NCBI GenBank assembly: GCA_964016885.1
Contig: OZ024757.1
Span: 27,404,001 to 27,468,000, forward strand
DNA: 64,000 bases
Origin: Eledone cirrhosa
Taxonomy: Eukaryota
Reading direction: 5' to 3'
Part shown: in pieces, positions 41,680 to 54,892 of the stretch
Numbering within the stretch: position 1 is the stretch's first letter
Layout of the letters: every line of letters begins with the position of its first letter
Position numbers and translations under genes: made by a program
The notes under the pieces: generated by a model
Database searches by the model: none
The model's input: only the letters and a program-made list of their open reading frames with translations
Told to the model about the DNA's origin: nothing

Positions 41680-44010
41680 TGTGGAAGATAGAACAGGGGT
41701 TGTGGAAAATAGAAAGGGGAGTGTGGAAGATAGAAGAGTGTGGAAGATAGAAGGAGAGTGTGGAAGATAGAACAGGAAGTGTGGAAGATAGAAAGGGAGT
41801 GTGGAAGCTAGAAGAGTGTGGAAGATAGAAGGAGAGTGTGGAAGATAGAACAGGAAGTGTGGAAGATAGAAAGGGGAATGTGGAAGCTAGAAGAGTGTGG
41901 AAGATAGAAGGAGAGTGTGGAAGATAGAACAGGAAGTGTGGAAGATAGAAAGGGGAATGTGGAAGCTAGAAGAGTGTGGAAGATAGAACAGGAAGTGTGG
42001 AAGATAGAAAGGGGAGTGTGGAAGATAGAACAGGAAGTGTGGAAGATAGAAAGGGGAGTGTGGGAGATAGAAAGGGGACTGTGTAAGATAGGAAGGGGTG
42101 TGTGGAATTTAGAAAAGGGGGAGTGGAAGATAGAAAGGGGTGGAATATAGGGATGGGGTGGAAGATAGCGATGAGGTGGAGGAGGGGAAGATGAGAGGGG
42201 GGTGGCTGTCTACAAAAATAGAAAGCAAGTTTAAGAAAATTGAGATTGAACGTAATGGAGCGTAACGGACAGGTTGTAATGTACTGTTAGTAATGATGTG
42301 ATGGTGATGATGATGATGGTGGTAGTGGTAGGGTGATGGTAGTTGTGGTAGGATGGTGGTGGAGGTGGTGGTAGTGGTCGGGTGATGGTGGTGGTGGTAG
42401 TGGTAGGGTGATGGTGGTGGTGGTAGTGGTAGGGTGATGGTGGTGGTGGTGATAGTGGTAGGATGATGGTGGTGGTGGTAGTGTGATGGTGGTGGTGGAA
42501 GTGGTAGGGTGATGGTGGTGGTGGTGGTAGGATGTTGGTGGTGACAGTGGTAGGATGATGGTGATGATGTTGGTGGTGATAGTGGTACGGTGATGGTGGT
42601 AGGATGATGGTAGTGGTGGTAGTAACTTTGTGATGATGGTTGTTGTGTTATGGTGGTGGTCTTGGTGATGATATTAAGCCTGTGATGATGATGATTATGG
42701 TGATGGTGGTGGTGGTGATAGTGGTAGCTTTGCCATGATGATTGTGGCACTGGTGGTGGTGGTCCTGGTGATGGTGATGGTGCTGGTAGTGGTAGGATGG
42801 TGGTGGTGGTGGTGATGGTCCTGGTGATGGCGGTCGTAGTGGTAGGATGGTGATAGTGGTAGCTTTGCCATGATGATTGTGGTACTGGTGGTGATGGTGA
42901 TGGTGGTGGTACTGGTAGGATGGTGGTAGTGGTGGTGGTCCTGGTCCTGGTGATGGTGGTGGTAGTGGTAGGATGGTGGTAGAGGTGGTGGTCCTGGTGA
43001 TGGTGATGGTAGTGGTAGGATAGTAGGATGGTGGTAGTGGTGGTGGTCCTGGTGATGGTGGTGGTAGTGGTAGGATAGTAGGATGGTGGTAGTGGTGGTG
43101 GTCCTGGTGATGGTGGTGGTAGTGGTAGGATGGTGGTAGTGGTGGTGGTCCTGGTGATGGCGGTGGTAGTGGTAGGATGGTGGTAGAGGTGGTGGTCCTG
43201 GTGATGGTGATGGTAGTGGTAGGATGGTGGTGGTGGTCCTGGTGATGGCGGTGGTAGTGGTAGGATAGTAGGATGGTGGTAGTGGTGGTGGTCCTGGTGA
43301 TGGTGGTGGTAGTGGTAGGATGGTGGTAGAGGTGGTGGTCCTGGTGATGGTGGTGGTAGTGGTAGGATGGTGGTAGTGGTGGTGGTCCTGGTGATGGTGA
43401 TGGTAGTGGTAGGATGGTAGGATGGTGGTCCTGGTGATGGTGGTGGTAGTGGTAGGATGGTAGTGGTGGTGGTGGTCCTGGTGATGGCGGTGGTAGTGGT
43501 AGGATGGTGGTGGTGGTGGTCCTGGTGATGGCGGTGGTAGTGGTAGGATGGTGGTAGAGGTGGTGGTCCTGGTGATGGTGGTGGTAGTGGTAGGATGGTG
43601 GTAGTGGTGGTGGTCCTGGTGATGGTGATGGTAGTGGTAGGATGGTGGTGGTGGTGGTCCTGGTGATGGCGGTGGTAGTGGTAGGATGGTAGTGGTGGTG
43701 GTCCTGGTGATGGTGGTGGTAGTGGTAGGATGGTGGTAGAGGTGGTGGTCCTGGTGATGGCGGTGGTAGTGGTAGGATGGTGGTAGAGGTGGTGGTCCTG
43801 GTGATGGTGATGGTAGTGGTAGGATGGTGGTGGTGGTGGTCCTGGTGATGGCGGTGGTAGTGGTAGGATGGTGGTAGAGGTGGTGGTCATGGTGATGGTA
43901 GTGGTAGGATGGTAGGATGGTGGTCCTGGTGATGGTGGTGGTAGTGGTAGGATGGTGGTGGTGGTGGTCCTGGTGATGGCGGTGGTAGTGGTAGTGGTGG
44001 TGGTGGTCCT
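41680..44010. repeat. gtgtggaagataga minisatellite, then a GGT-derived higher-order minisatellite
   Basis: Visible tandem units; the ORF 42109-43890 is their translation. Confidence 0.9.
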
Positions 44011-44500
44011 GGCAATAGTGTTAGCTATACAATGATGCTGATTGTGGTGGTGGTGGTAATTGTTTTGGTGTTCTTAGTCCTAGGGTGATAGTGAGGGTGG
44101 TGATAATAATAGCAATGGTGATGGCGATGATAAACGAAAGGGTAGTTGTGTTGATGCCCTATGCTGATGGTGATGATGATGATGGTGGTGTTAATGATGA
44201 GGGGGGGGGGAGGAGGATTAGCCCTGTGGCATGTGATATGTTGGCTCGTACCTGAATGGGGTGGGGAATAGGAAGAGCGGAGTCAATGGGGGGGGGGTCT
44301 TGGTTGTGTTGTGTGTAAACCACACCTCAGGGAAGGGGTGGATAAGGTGGTTACATAAGTTCAGGGTGGACATGAGGAAAAGGTGGAGAGGAGGGACTGG
44401 TTTAAGAGTACAATGTCATCAGAGCGATGACAGTATTATGACATACATACATATTCAAGTATAAACACATATACATGCAAACAAACATAAACACCCCCTA

Positions 44501-44534
<34 letters not shown>

Positions 44535-44545
44535 CACATACATAC

Positions 44546-44584
<39 letters not shown>

Positions 44585-44758
44585 TATATACAAACATATA
44601 TATGCATATACATACATATATACACATATATGAAACCAGTCCCTCATCTCCACACCACACTATGTCAAATACCACCTCTATAACAACATATGCATGTGTG
44701 TATTTATGTGCACACACATATAGGTATACACATATGTGTATGTATGTATGTATGTAAG

Positions 44759-44792
<34 letters not shown>

Positions 44793-45437
44793 CGCACACA
44801 TATATATACTGTTGGGTCCCCAACTCTTTATAATATATGTATATATATATATTACACTCTTAATTTTCGATTTTTACTTGGACCTCCTTTATTTCTGTTT
44901 CCCCTTTGTGATCCTGTCTCTATTTTGTACTCCTGATGAAGGGCTGAAGCCCAACACCCCAAACTTTCTTTCCCCTTTTCCATATAAAGCATTAAACTAA
45001 TAAGACTTTCTGTACCTCTATTTGTTGTCTCCTTGAACTATATATAGTCCTGTAGAAGCCATTTCTATATTAAATATTTATACTCAGCTCTGTATTGAGT
45101 ACCTTACTTACTGTGGTTACCTCTGTGATGACACAACAGTCCACACTGTAAGGTGGTCATGTAGGAGACACGGTAAAAAGGGTCCCAGTACACACTGTAA
45201 ATGTGGTTGGTGTTAGGAAGGGCATCCAGCTGTAAAAAACCTGCCAGAGACACTTCCATACGAGCGAGACACATTCTCCCGACCATTCCCGCATCAAATG
45301 GAAAAAAATTGTCTAACGCATGCTAGCGTGGAAGATGGACTTTAAACGATGACGATGATGATATATAAATATATTGATTTATATATTTATTTATTATAAC
45401 TACACTGCTTTCACCCTTTACGAGATTTTCTGAAACA

Positions 45438-45486
45438 GTTTCAGAAGAACCCGTAAAGGGTGAAAGCAGTGATTCTTTGCTTAAAG
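45438..45486 (+). ncRNA. Hammerhead-like variant (core CAGAAGA)
   Basis: gttt CAGAAGA ACCC gtaaa GGGT GAAA GCA gtgattctt TGC TT^ aaag; a second copy lies at 61513-61561 on the minus strand. Confidence 0.5.
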
Positions 45487-45862
45487 TTTAATCAGTACTT
45501 ATAATAAATATTTGCTCTACGGGTTTATACGTATATACTTTATATATATATATAATCCTTATTGAGCCCTCTTTGGATTTTAGTCTTCACATTTATTATT
45601 ACTATATATATATATATATACCTTGTTAATGATCTATTCAACAATCATGTGTGAACCAGTGTCTTTCTGTGTGATCAGGGTGTATATACATCCCAACATG
45701 TGCGCTTATAAACATTTATATTTCACTAGATCGGCAAAACTAAAGATTACACCAGTTAAGAACATTTCATACTGGTTTTAAAGACTCACAGCCTTCACTC
45801 CAAAGTTGACCCATAATCCTAGTACTGGGTTATATATCACCATCCATGTGTGGGTGTGTGAG

Positions 45863-45893
<31 letters not shown>

Positions 45894-48150
45894 TTGTGTT
45901 TGTATAATGTACATCTACTTATATATGTATTATAATCTGAGATTAATAATATTAATCATATCATTTATTACTACTACTATTACTACTCCTACTAAGAGCA
46001 GCAGCAGTAGTAGTAACAGTAGTAGTAACAGTAGTAATAGTATTCTCCACACTAAACAGTTTTAAGTAGCTTACAATTCTACTACTACTATTTCTACTTC
46101 TATCACCACCACTACATGAAATCTTTAATAGAAATTATGTTAAAATCAGTTACAGTTGTCAGGGCACAGTATAGGATTATACATATCTAACCATAAAACA
46201 TATAAAGAAACATTATAGAAACCAAAATGTAACTGTAGAAATATAACTAACTCACACCTTAACTCTTTGGCATTCACATTACTCTATATTTACTATTATA
46301 TTTTCATGGGAATAGCTTTATCTCACATAATATCGAATCTATGAAACCATTATTAGCAGTATCAGTCAGGTGTCGGATAACATGCTTTGCGACCCTTCAA
46401 GTTCTGCCAAGGTTAGCTTTGCCTTTCATCTTTAAGAAGTTGATAAAATAAAGTACCGGTAATGCAATCGGATTAATTTAAGTGACTTTCCCCTGCTCTT
46501 CAAATTGCTGGCCTTGTGCCAAAAGTAGAAATAATAATTATTATTGGCAATAACGCTAGAGTGTTAGACAAAATGCCCTGTGGCATTTAGTTATGACTTT
46601 TTATGTTCTGAGTTTAAATTCCACTCAGGTGGTGGTGGTGGTGGTAGTAGCCCTGTGGCATTTAGTTATGACTTTTTATGTTCTGAGTTCAAATCCCACT
46701 AAGGTTAGATTTGCCTTTTATCCTTGTGGGTGCGATAAAATAAAGTACCAGTTAAATATATTCATGGCATAGAGTTATAACCCTTTACGTTCTGGGTTCA
46801 AATCCCACCGAGGTTAGCTTTGTATTTCCTCCTTACAGGGTCGGTAAATAATACACCAATAATGCACTGGGATCGATTTAATCGACTTTCGCCTCCCCTT
46901 CAAATTGCTGGCCTTGTGCATAAAATAGAAATAATTGTTTCAGTTGTATCTATGTTATTGCTGTTGCTTCCTGGTCCCAGCAGACTGAATGGCAAATGTG
47001 TTACCTCGGCGAATGATGAAAATGGGTGCTCTAAAAGAACCAATCAATCTTGTGGAAGGTATCAGTGCAGATTGCCACCTCTATCCCTATTGCACTAGAT
47101 AGGGAGGTGGTTCGGGATTCAAGAACTCCATATGTTTCCACCACTAAGGTTTCAAGGAAAAAAAAAGTTGCAAAACTGAGAACACATAATACAAGGGAAA
47201 TAATTCAAATACATCTTGAAGTTATCTCCACTGACTGAAGTTTATATCATGCTTGTGTGTGTGTGTATACAGACACACACACACACACATATATATACAT
47301 ATACATATATATGTATACAGTAATTTTATACTCTTTTCAATAGAGTTCCTTTTACATTATCTCACAGTATCATTCGGCCAGCAAGAAGCTGACTTCTATG
47401 GTTTCACAGGTAAGTTTACATTCTGAATAGGTTAGTGAGTGGAATCACCAATATCTTTGAGACTTTGACATATCAAATAGCCATCTGCTTCTTCTCAAGT
47501 CTCAGAGACAAATGAAGCAATATTCATAAATAGTCAGCTCCCAGATTAACCAAATCAGTTGGAGCATTTAATTCTAGCAGTTAACATGTAGTCCACTGCT
47601 TTACACAGTCCCTGTGGGTCTCTCTTACTCCCTTTCTCTCTCACTCGGCCAAGCCAATAAAATTCATCACATCAACAAGCATCCTGAGACATAACATCAC
47701 ACAATTCATTTGTGGTTATTTGTTCTTCGTGTATTGTCTTATAACTATATTTAATAAATTAGTAACATACCAGCTTTGTGTTATTGTGGTTTATATATTT
47801 CATTTCCTACATGATTAAGGTAAATCACCTACCCAAGGAAACATCACATCACATCATCATCATAGTGAACACTTACTCACTTGCACATCTGCAACCTCTA
47901 GTTACACTGAAGCAAGTATATCAATCTTCTCTCGCCTACACACTACACAATAGTGACTATACCACTGAGCAATCCACGAGTGAGTATAAACACAACAGAA
48001 TCAATACCACAATACAACCATTCGTCCTAGCATTTGACCCGCTATATATATATATATATGTATGTATATATGTGTGTGTGTAGATTCCTGAGTTGGATAG
48101 TTAAAAAAGGTATTCAATATGTTAGTATAGACATCTTTATTATATATAGG

Positions 48151-48208
48151 AATGTCATTCCTGATGATTTCATACGAATGAAACAGTTCTAGTCCTGTAG
48201 AAGTCATT
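48151..48208 (+). ncRNA. Probable hammerhead ribozyme (imperfect stems)
   Basis: CTGATGA tTTC atac GAAt GAAAC agttcta GTC^; the downstream tagtcctgtagaagYcatttct motif recurs at ~4377 and ~45046. Confidence 0.5.
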
Positions 48209-48597
48209 TCTATAGATTATATATATATATATATACAATATATTTTATTAAATAAGATATCAAATTCTCCTACTATATCAAGCGTTAAACTAATAAATGG
48301 CATCATTATATTGTATTGTTTTCCTTGTTGACTTTTATCATATATATATTAAATCAATACTTATATACTTATATCAAATGTTAAGCACTTCTAACAGAAG
48401 AAAGTAACAAAATAGCTTGCAATTTTTTCCCTTTTATTTTAAATAGTCTCATATTTTTGTCCTTTTGTGTTCTGGGAAACACAAATTAGTCATTGTCACC
48501 TGAATCTCTCCCTTGTGAGATTGCATTGATGCAGAACGTTACCTAATTACTCCATAGCAAAAACTTGTGACAAAAGCTTCACAGTATCACCTTAACA

Positions 48598-48901
48598 CAG
48601 CAGTTCCCAACCTGAGGTCCATAGACTCCTGGGGTCCACAAAGGTAGTACTGGAGATTGAGGTGTGGCTGGTGGTTCATGAGCTAAGTTTATCATTTTAA
48701 ATACTTTGTTAAAAACATAATATATACACACTATTAAATATCCATCACTCTCTAAGTAAAAATATTTGTCTCCTTTGATTGCTATTGTCACTACATAACA
48801 ACCAGGAAAGGAGGAGTGATTCTAGAGAGTAGAAGAGACCCATCGAGAAAATTCATTTAAATAAAAAGGGTCTATGGTTGTAAAAAGGTTGGGTACCACT
48901 C
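48598..48901. mobile_element. hAT (Charlie-like) MITE remnant downstream of the TOR1AIP-like stop
   Basis: cagcagttcccaacct...aggttgggtaccact degenerate TIRs. Confidence 0.55.
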
Positions 48902-49091
48902 CCTTAATACTTCGTAAGAGTACGGAGTAGTTATAAGGATATGTTACACAATATAATGTAATGTAAATTATCTCAATGATAATTTCTTTGAGGTGAAAAT
49001 TCTAGGTTTTGTTATATCACATTAACACCCCTATGAGGAGGTTGTGTGGGGTAAAAATTACAGTGGAATTGTGGGGGCCTTGAATACCACT

Positions 49092-50033
49092 TCAACAGCC
49101 CATGAACGTATCATCAGAAGTTAAAAAGGCAATATTAGTAGCCATTGTGGTTTGTAAATTCCTTATTTGGTCAGTGTGAAGATGACTCCAAATTGAAAAC
49201 AAGTAGGAATGTATATCTGACTTATTACTTATGTGGTGTTCCTCATCGGGTACCTCCAACAGAAATATCACTGTCATTTGCTTGTAAACCGAATCTGTTG
49301 ACTCGCATATGCTGCACAGCAGTTGCAATGTCTCAATGTGCAAATTTTCCCAACCACTAATGATGACCGACTTGTAACCACCAGCAACTAACTGCTGAAT
49401 ATGTTCAGATATCGTCGACTTCTGGTAGCCAGGTTTGTGGGACGCTATGCTAAAGCCATCAATGACTGGTTCTAAGACTGAGTCTGTGATCTGGCTACCT
49501 AAAAGTCTGTTGATGATCTGAGACCAGTAATCCATGAGACAAACGGCCAACTGTTTCTCACCAGCAGGGAAGACCACCATCATAACAGCAGGAGTTTTTT
49601 GTTTGTGTTCTTTGCTGGTCAAAACCTGCTGTGCACTGACTTTCAGAATGTTCCAGAATTCATCTGTTTGAGTGAAGTACATGTACTTTATCTGCTGTAT
49701 TTCGGTAAGGTACTCTTCAAAGGTGTTCACAGTGACAGGAAGTGTAGGTTTCGTTGGTCGAAGGTAGACGCGGAGTCCAGTATAGAAAAAGACGAACAGC
49801 AAGAAAAGAATGAAGAGAATCATAACATGTACATTGCTGGGTTTCTGAACTTCTTGCTCAGCTCTATTGTTTGTCGAATCTTGTTTTGATTGTTGTTGTT
49901 GTTGTTGTGGTTGCTGTTGTTGTTGCTGCTGTTGTTGTTCAGAACTAGTCTTTCTACTCCTTGATCTGTTTGTCACTGAAGAAGAACTATTCCCATTGCT
50001 ACTTTTCTCTGGGCTGCTCACCATTTTCGCCAT
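49092..50033 (-). CDS. TOR1AIP1: Torsin-1A-interacting protein (LAP1/LULL1 family)-like type II membrane protein, 313 aa from the ACCATGG start; coding region contained in one exon
   Basis: Only long non-repetitive ORF in the window. S/Q-rich N-terminus, one hydrophobic TM segment (VMILFILFLLFVFFYTGL), then LAP1C-like luminal motifs: QTDEFWNIL, TPAVMMVV, AVCL, VIDG, ENLH..TLQLLCSICESTDSVYKQMTVIF (compare YCDHENAAFKDVALVL) and a C-terminal Cys. ATG at 50033 has strong Kozak context, and an in-frame TGA at 50148-50150 follows a splice acceptor. Family recognised by eye; TOR1AIP1 versus TOR1AIP2 orthology is not resolvable. Confidence 0.85.
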   Translation of the reverse strand: MAKMVSSPEKSSNGNSSSSVTNRSRSRKTSSEQQQQQQQQQPQQQQQQSKQDSTNNRAEQEVQKPSNVHVMILFILFLLFVFFYTGLRVYLRPTKPTLPVTVNTFEEYLTEIQQIKYMYFTQTDEFWNILKVSAQQVLTSKEHKQKTPAVMMVVFPAGEKQLAVCLMDYWSQIINRLLGSQITDSVLEPVIDGFSIASHKPGYQKSTISEHIQQLVAGGYKSVIISGWENLHIETLQLLCSICESTDSVYKQMTVIFLLEVPDEEHHISNKSDIHSYLFSIWSHLHTDQIRNLQTTMATNIAFLTSDDTFMGC

Positions 50034-50151
50034 GGTCTTCACAAGAACAAACACCACACTTGGTGGTTCTAGTATCAATACATTGCAGGAGCTATAAACA
50101 AATAGTGCAAAGAATTCAGAATATTCAGGGATTAGATTCCATGAATTTCAC

Positions 50152-50175
50152 CTACAACAGAGAGAAACAGTAAAT
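50152..50175 (-). other. Splice acceptor upstream of the TOR1AIP-like coding exon
   Basis: Minus strand reads tttactgtttctctctgttgtag|G, a polypyrimidine tract plus AG; the exon would start at 50151. Confidence 0.65.
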
Positions 50176-50589
50176 ATTTGAAATAACTACACTGACACGT
50201 ATGTGTATATGTGTGTGAGTGTGTGTATGTGCATACATTTATATGTATGTGTATATAAATATAAATGCCCAAACACAGACACACTTACAAAAATACACAC
50301 TCGCAGACATACATTCACACAAACACATACATACATTTACACAAATACTCACACTCTCACATACAGCATAGCAAATGGAACACCAGCTGCTGTTTTGCTA
50401 TGGTTTTTCACCATCTCCTTCCTTCCTTTTATATACACATACATTCACACAAACACACACATTGTGTGACGGACGGATGGAAGTGGTTCAAATTTATATA
50501 TAGATAACTTATAGTTGAAAATTAATTATTCTAATTAAAAATAGTTATATTTAACATGTCTTTTGAGTCATACTCAATGACTGGTGCAG

Positions 50590-51700
50590 CAGTGTCATTG
50601 TCAATTGCACCAAGGGCAAAGGGAATGCACTAGAGAGAAGTAACTACAGAGGCATCAAGTTGATGGATCAGGTCATGATAGTTGCTGAAGTGTTATAGAG
50701 CAGCTAATTAGGGAGAGAATCAAATTAGATGAGATGAAGTTTGGATTTATACGAGGTAGTTTATACTGATGCCATCTTTCTGGTGAGAAAACTACAGAAG
50801 TACTTAGCTAAGAGTAAGCCACGCTATCTAGCATTTGTAGATCTGGAGAAGGCTTTGACAGGATCTCACACACTATAATCTGTTGGGCATTAAGGAAGCT
50901 AGGTGTAGATGAATGGTTTGCGAGGAGCAACCAGCAGAGTGGGAGTTGGCAATGAATGCAGACGGGAGTCTACCAGGGATCAGTCCTCAGTTCACTCCTG
51001 TTTATCATTGTACTTCAGGCCATTACTAAAGAGTTTAAAACTGGCACTCCATGGGAGCTTCTATATGCTGAGGACCTAGTCCTCATAGCTGAATACAAGA
51101 GATGTAGTGGGATTGCAGGTAGGTTAACAGAAAAAATAGACTTTATATGTAGCAGATGCACAGGGGAAGTGAGCACAAAGAGCACACATGAAATAAATTC
51201 CTCCAACTACCAGAGAAGCTCCCTAGAAGTTATTGGTAGCTTTTGTTACCTAGGCCATCAAATTAGTAGTAGGGTGGGGAGTTCTGAAAGTGTGATAGCT
51301 AGGCTAAGAACAGGCTGGAAGAAGTTTAGAGATCTATTACCACTGCTAAGAACAAAATGCTTGTCTCTCAGAGTGAAGGGTAGACTGTATGATGCCTGTG
51401 TGCAAACTGCAATGCTACATGGCAGTGAAACATGGGCCTTGACTGCAGAAAGCCTGTGGAGGCTAGAGGGAAATGGATCAAGTATTGTCCAATGGATGTG
51501 TAATGCTAATATGTATGAGAGACATAGCATAAACAAACTTTGAAAAAAACTCGACATAAGCAGACTTGGATGTAGTCTACAAAAGAGAAGACTGTGTTGG
51601 TATGGACATGTGATGTACATGGAAGATAATAGCTGCATAAAGGAATGCAGAGAAACTCCAGTGGCTGGGATCCGTAGGAGAGGCAAACCTAGAAAATGAA
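50590..51700 (+). mobile_element. RTE-type LINE reverse transcriptase remnant, in the intron antisense to the TOR1AIP-like gene
   Basis: AFVDLEKA, GVYQGSVLSSLLF, PWELLYAEDL, FCYLG, KGRLYDACVQTAMLHGSETW; multiple stops and deletions. Confidence 0.85.
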
Positions 51701-54439
51701 GGTACCACCTCCATTTACATGCTGCGAACAGCTGACCTCTCTATCGCATTACCAGCTTTAGATACTTTGCAACACTCAATAATAATAGTAATAATCAATC
51801 AATCAATTTTAACAACGGTTCAAGGTCACATATTTAGTATTTGACTGGTACTTTATTTTACTGACGAGAATCGAAAGTTGACACCGCACCTCTGCCAGCA
51901 GAAAGGGAGATAATTATATACAACAGTCAGATTGATCTGATGCTCTTCGATTTGTAAATTATAAATTGAGCGTGTGTGTGAGCGTCTTTGCTTTACACTG
52001 TACTTGTGTGTATGCTTCCATGTATGTGTATGTCTGTATTTATATGGACGAATGCAAATGTATATGTATACATACCGTTTTTATGATAGTGCGCGCGGGT
52101 ATATATTTAGGTACTTTTTGAAAAAGAGTACATTATAATTGTCCTTCCTCTTTTAAGAGGAATTTCGCTGCTATTTCTAACAAGTTGACTAACAAGGAAT
52201 AGGCTACCAAGTATCTACAAGAGCTCAAGATTCGATATCGCCTCTATAAAGCCAAATATTTAATCAAATGTCCTAAACAAAGGACGAAAAACACCACAAG
52301 TGTTTTATCATTAAATGTATTTCGTTGTTTGAAAGAGACAAGTGATGGAGTGTGATGTTTGTATCGTAATGGTGATAAATAGTCAGTATCAGATTTAGAT
52401 TAGGTGAGGACCTGAGCTAAAGAACACCTTGTTAAAATATTACTCCAGAAGGTCACACAAAAATTGAAAATATAGAATGTGAGGTTCTCAGCTGTAGCTT
52501 GTTTAGCTTATGCTTAGATCCTACACAGGGTATATAGTTGAAGACTGCTAGCTTTAATTGTGTTGACGGTAACATACATATATAAGGAATCTCGATAGAA
52601 TATACATACACATATACAGGCGCTAATGCAGAAACATATAAACTTATAATATACATACACACAGTCAGACATTCAATAAAAAACACACATACACAACAAA
52701 AAACAGATATAGAACTGTAATCGATACACACTTATTTATGCAGTATATGTAGGAAAACACGGATTGTGCCAATAGAATTATTACAATTGTTACACATACA
52801 TATACACATATGTATTCGTTCGAAACTCATAAATCCACTCCATTGCTACTCGGAGTTTCTGTCAGTGTGCGACAATTTTTCGGGGGATATCTGTCGGCTG
52901 AAGGGTTTGATCGCACGTAGATGGAAATTCTGAGTAGCAATAGAATGAATCATAAGCTTCAATCGAATACACGCACACACACATTATATACACAGGTGTC
53001 CCAAAAAATGTATACACACTTTTATTAAAATGCTGTTGAAATGTGTATTCATATTTTGGGACACTGTATTTGTGTATGTATGTACATATATGTGTATATA
53101 TGTATTATATATATATACATTATATATATTGAATTACCTTCACCACAGTTACTTGCCGCTGCCATCAACAATATTCACAAGCCAAATGGGTGAAATATCG
53201 ATTCTTAACCGTGGCATTGCCAAATGGGGGTGGGAGGATTGTTTATAGTAGTAGTAGTAGTAGTAGCAGTAGTAGTAGTAGTTTAACCTTAGGTTAGCCC
53301 TGGTCCAGCTGATTTATGATCAAAGGCGTTCCAGTCATGACAAACCTGTATTTCCTTCTTTTTTTCCTACGTAAATATTAGTGTATCTAGGATTACACTG
53401 CGATCTGTGAGTTGCAGTAGAATTTGGTTGCTATTTCCAGCAAATCTAGCAACCTACAGATGTTCCGTTGTTTATGTTGTTTGACGTTAATGTTTAGTGA
53501 CGATCGTAAGACTTGTTGATGTGGTTTAGCCCCAGGTCAGTGCTAACTGAGTAGACCTCAATTATTCTATCATTTGTTGCTTTTTTTTAGGTTTTCTTAA
53601 CGTATAGTGTACCTCGGACTACATTCTTTAATGTGTTCCTTTCATGTCGGTAGGATGTGTGACTTTGGAAGGAGGGAGATTTTGGAATCCGTTTCAAATA
53701 CGTCGAAAGACCACAGAGAGACAATGGTGATGTTATTCCTGGTGGTGCTAGTGGCAATGATGGTGATGTTCTTGGTGATGGAAGTGGTGTCGATGATGAT
53801 GGTGTTGTTGGTATTATTGGTTGAGGTATTATTCCAGACGTATTAGAAGTAAAAGTGGTAGACGTTAGTAGTGATCGAGGTTACTGATCAGTACTATTGC
53901 TGTTTATGCGGTTGGTTACGACACATGGAGTTAATCGAACGAGATATTCGATCGCATCACTTATTTATAGCATCGTGGACATGCTGTCTAGCTCGTGTGT
54001 GCTTTTCATTATTTCTGAGGTCACATTTACACTAAAAACTAATAATATATAGAGATTAAATTCCGTACTCCTTTCTATCCCTTTCAAACATATATTTATA
54101 CAAATATTAACACACACACATCAGATGAAAATTAAAAACGTAAACAAAGCCATGAACAATAATCACTATTCTTTTCGACTTAGAGTTATTTCCCTTGACA
54201 TTTTTTCCATGTTGGCATACGTCGGACTAGACTTTTGGAAGTAATGTTTTACAACATGATGCCTTTCCTTCGACTAACTCTTTTAGTCGCTTCTAACGAC
54301 ACCCAGGAATTCAGAGTACTTATTCTAAACCGAATACACACACACATATATATATATATACACATACATACACACACACATATATATATATATATTATGA
54401 AAATAAAACAAAGAAGCCTTCAATACATCAAAAGTCTTT

Positions 54440-54484
54440 ATTAGCCAACAATGTTTCGTCCTATTAAGGACTCATCAGGGCAAT
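54440..54484 (-). ncRNA. Minimal type I hammerhead ribozyme, intact core
   Basis: Minus strand gcc CTGATGA GTCCT taat AGGAC GAAAC att GTT^ ggc. Confidence 0.85.
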
Positions 54485-54818
54485 CAAAACCACAAGAAGT
54501 ACTATCGGCCAATAGAAGCCGAAAACTCCGAAGAATATGGAGTGTACATACACTAAAGTATTGCAAGATTATGGGTAAAAAAATATATATATAGTTGTTA
54601 TATAGTAAGGTGCATTATTGGTTGTGTAAAATGGTCCAATAACTTTGTTAGCAATATTAAGTTCTCCACGCTTTTGTATATCTCTAATTCCATTCAAGGG
54701 AACAGCTAGATGATGTAAAACGGAGTATAAGTATCAAAATGATATGAGGGAATAAATTCTGTGAGAGAACATCGTCATTTTTTCTCCCTCATATCAAGAA
54801 TTTGAAGACAATTCATTT

Positions 54819-54892
54819 TCACCTGATGAGAACGGTGATAATCGGTCATGGCTTCACAATCGATCTATCTCTTATTGAAACATGTGTCGTGA
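54819..54892 (+). ncRNA. Type I hammerhead ribozyme with long, imperfect stem II
   Basis: tcac CTGATGA ...47 nt... GAAAC atgt GTC^ gtga; stem I is extendable with tcattt/aaatga. Confidence 0.65.

Noticed and set aside
50034-50078. TTG start given by the ORF track for the 328-aa protein
   Set aside because: Eukaryotic context; the ACCATGG at 50033 is the plausible initiator
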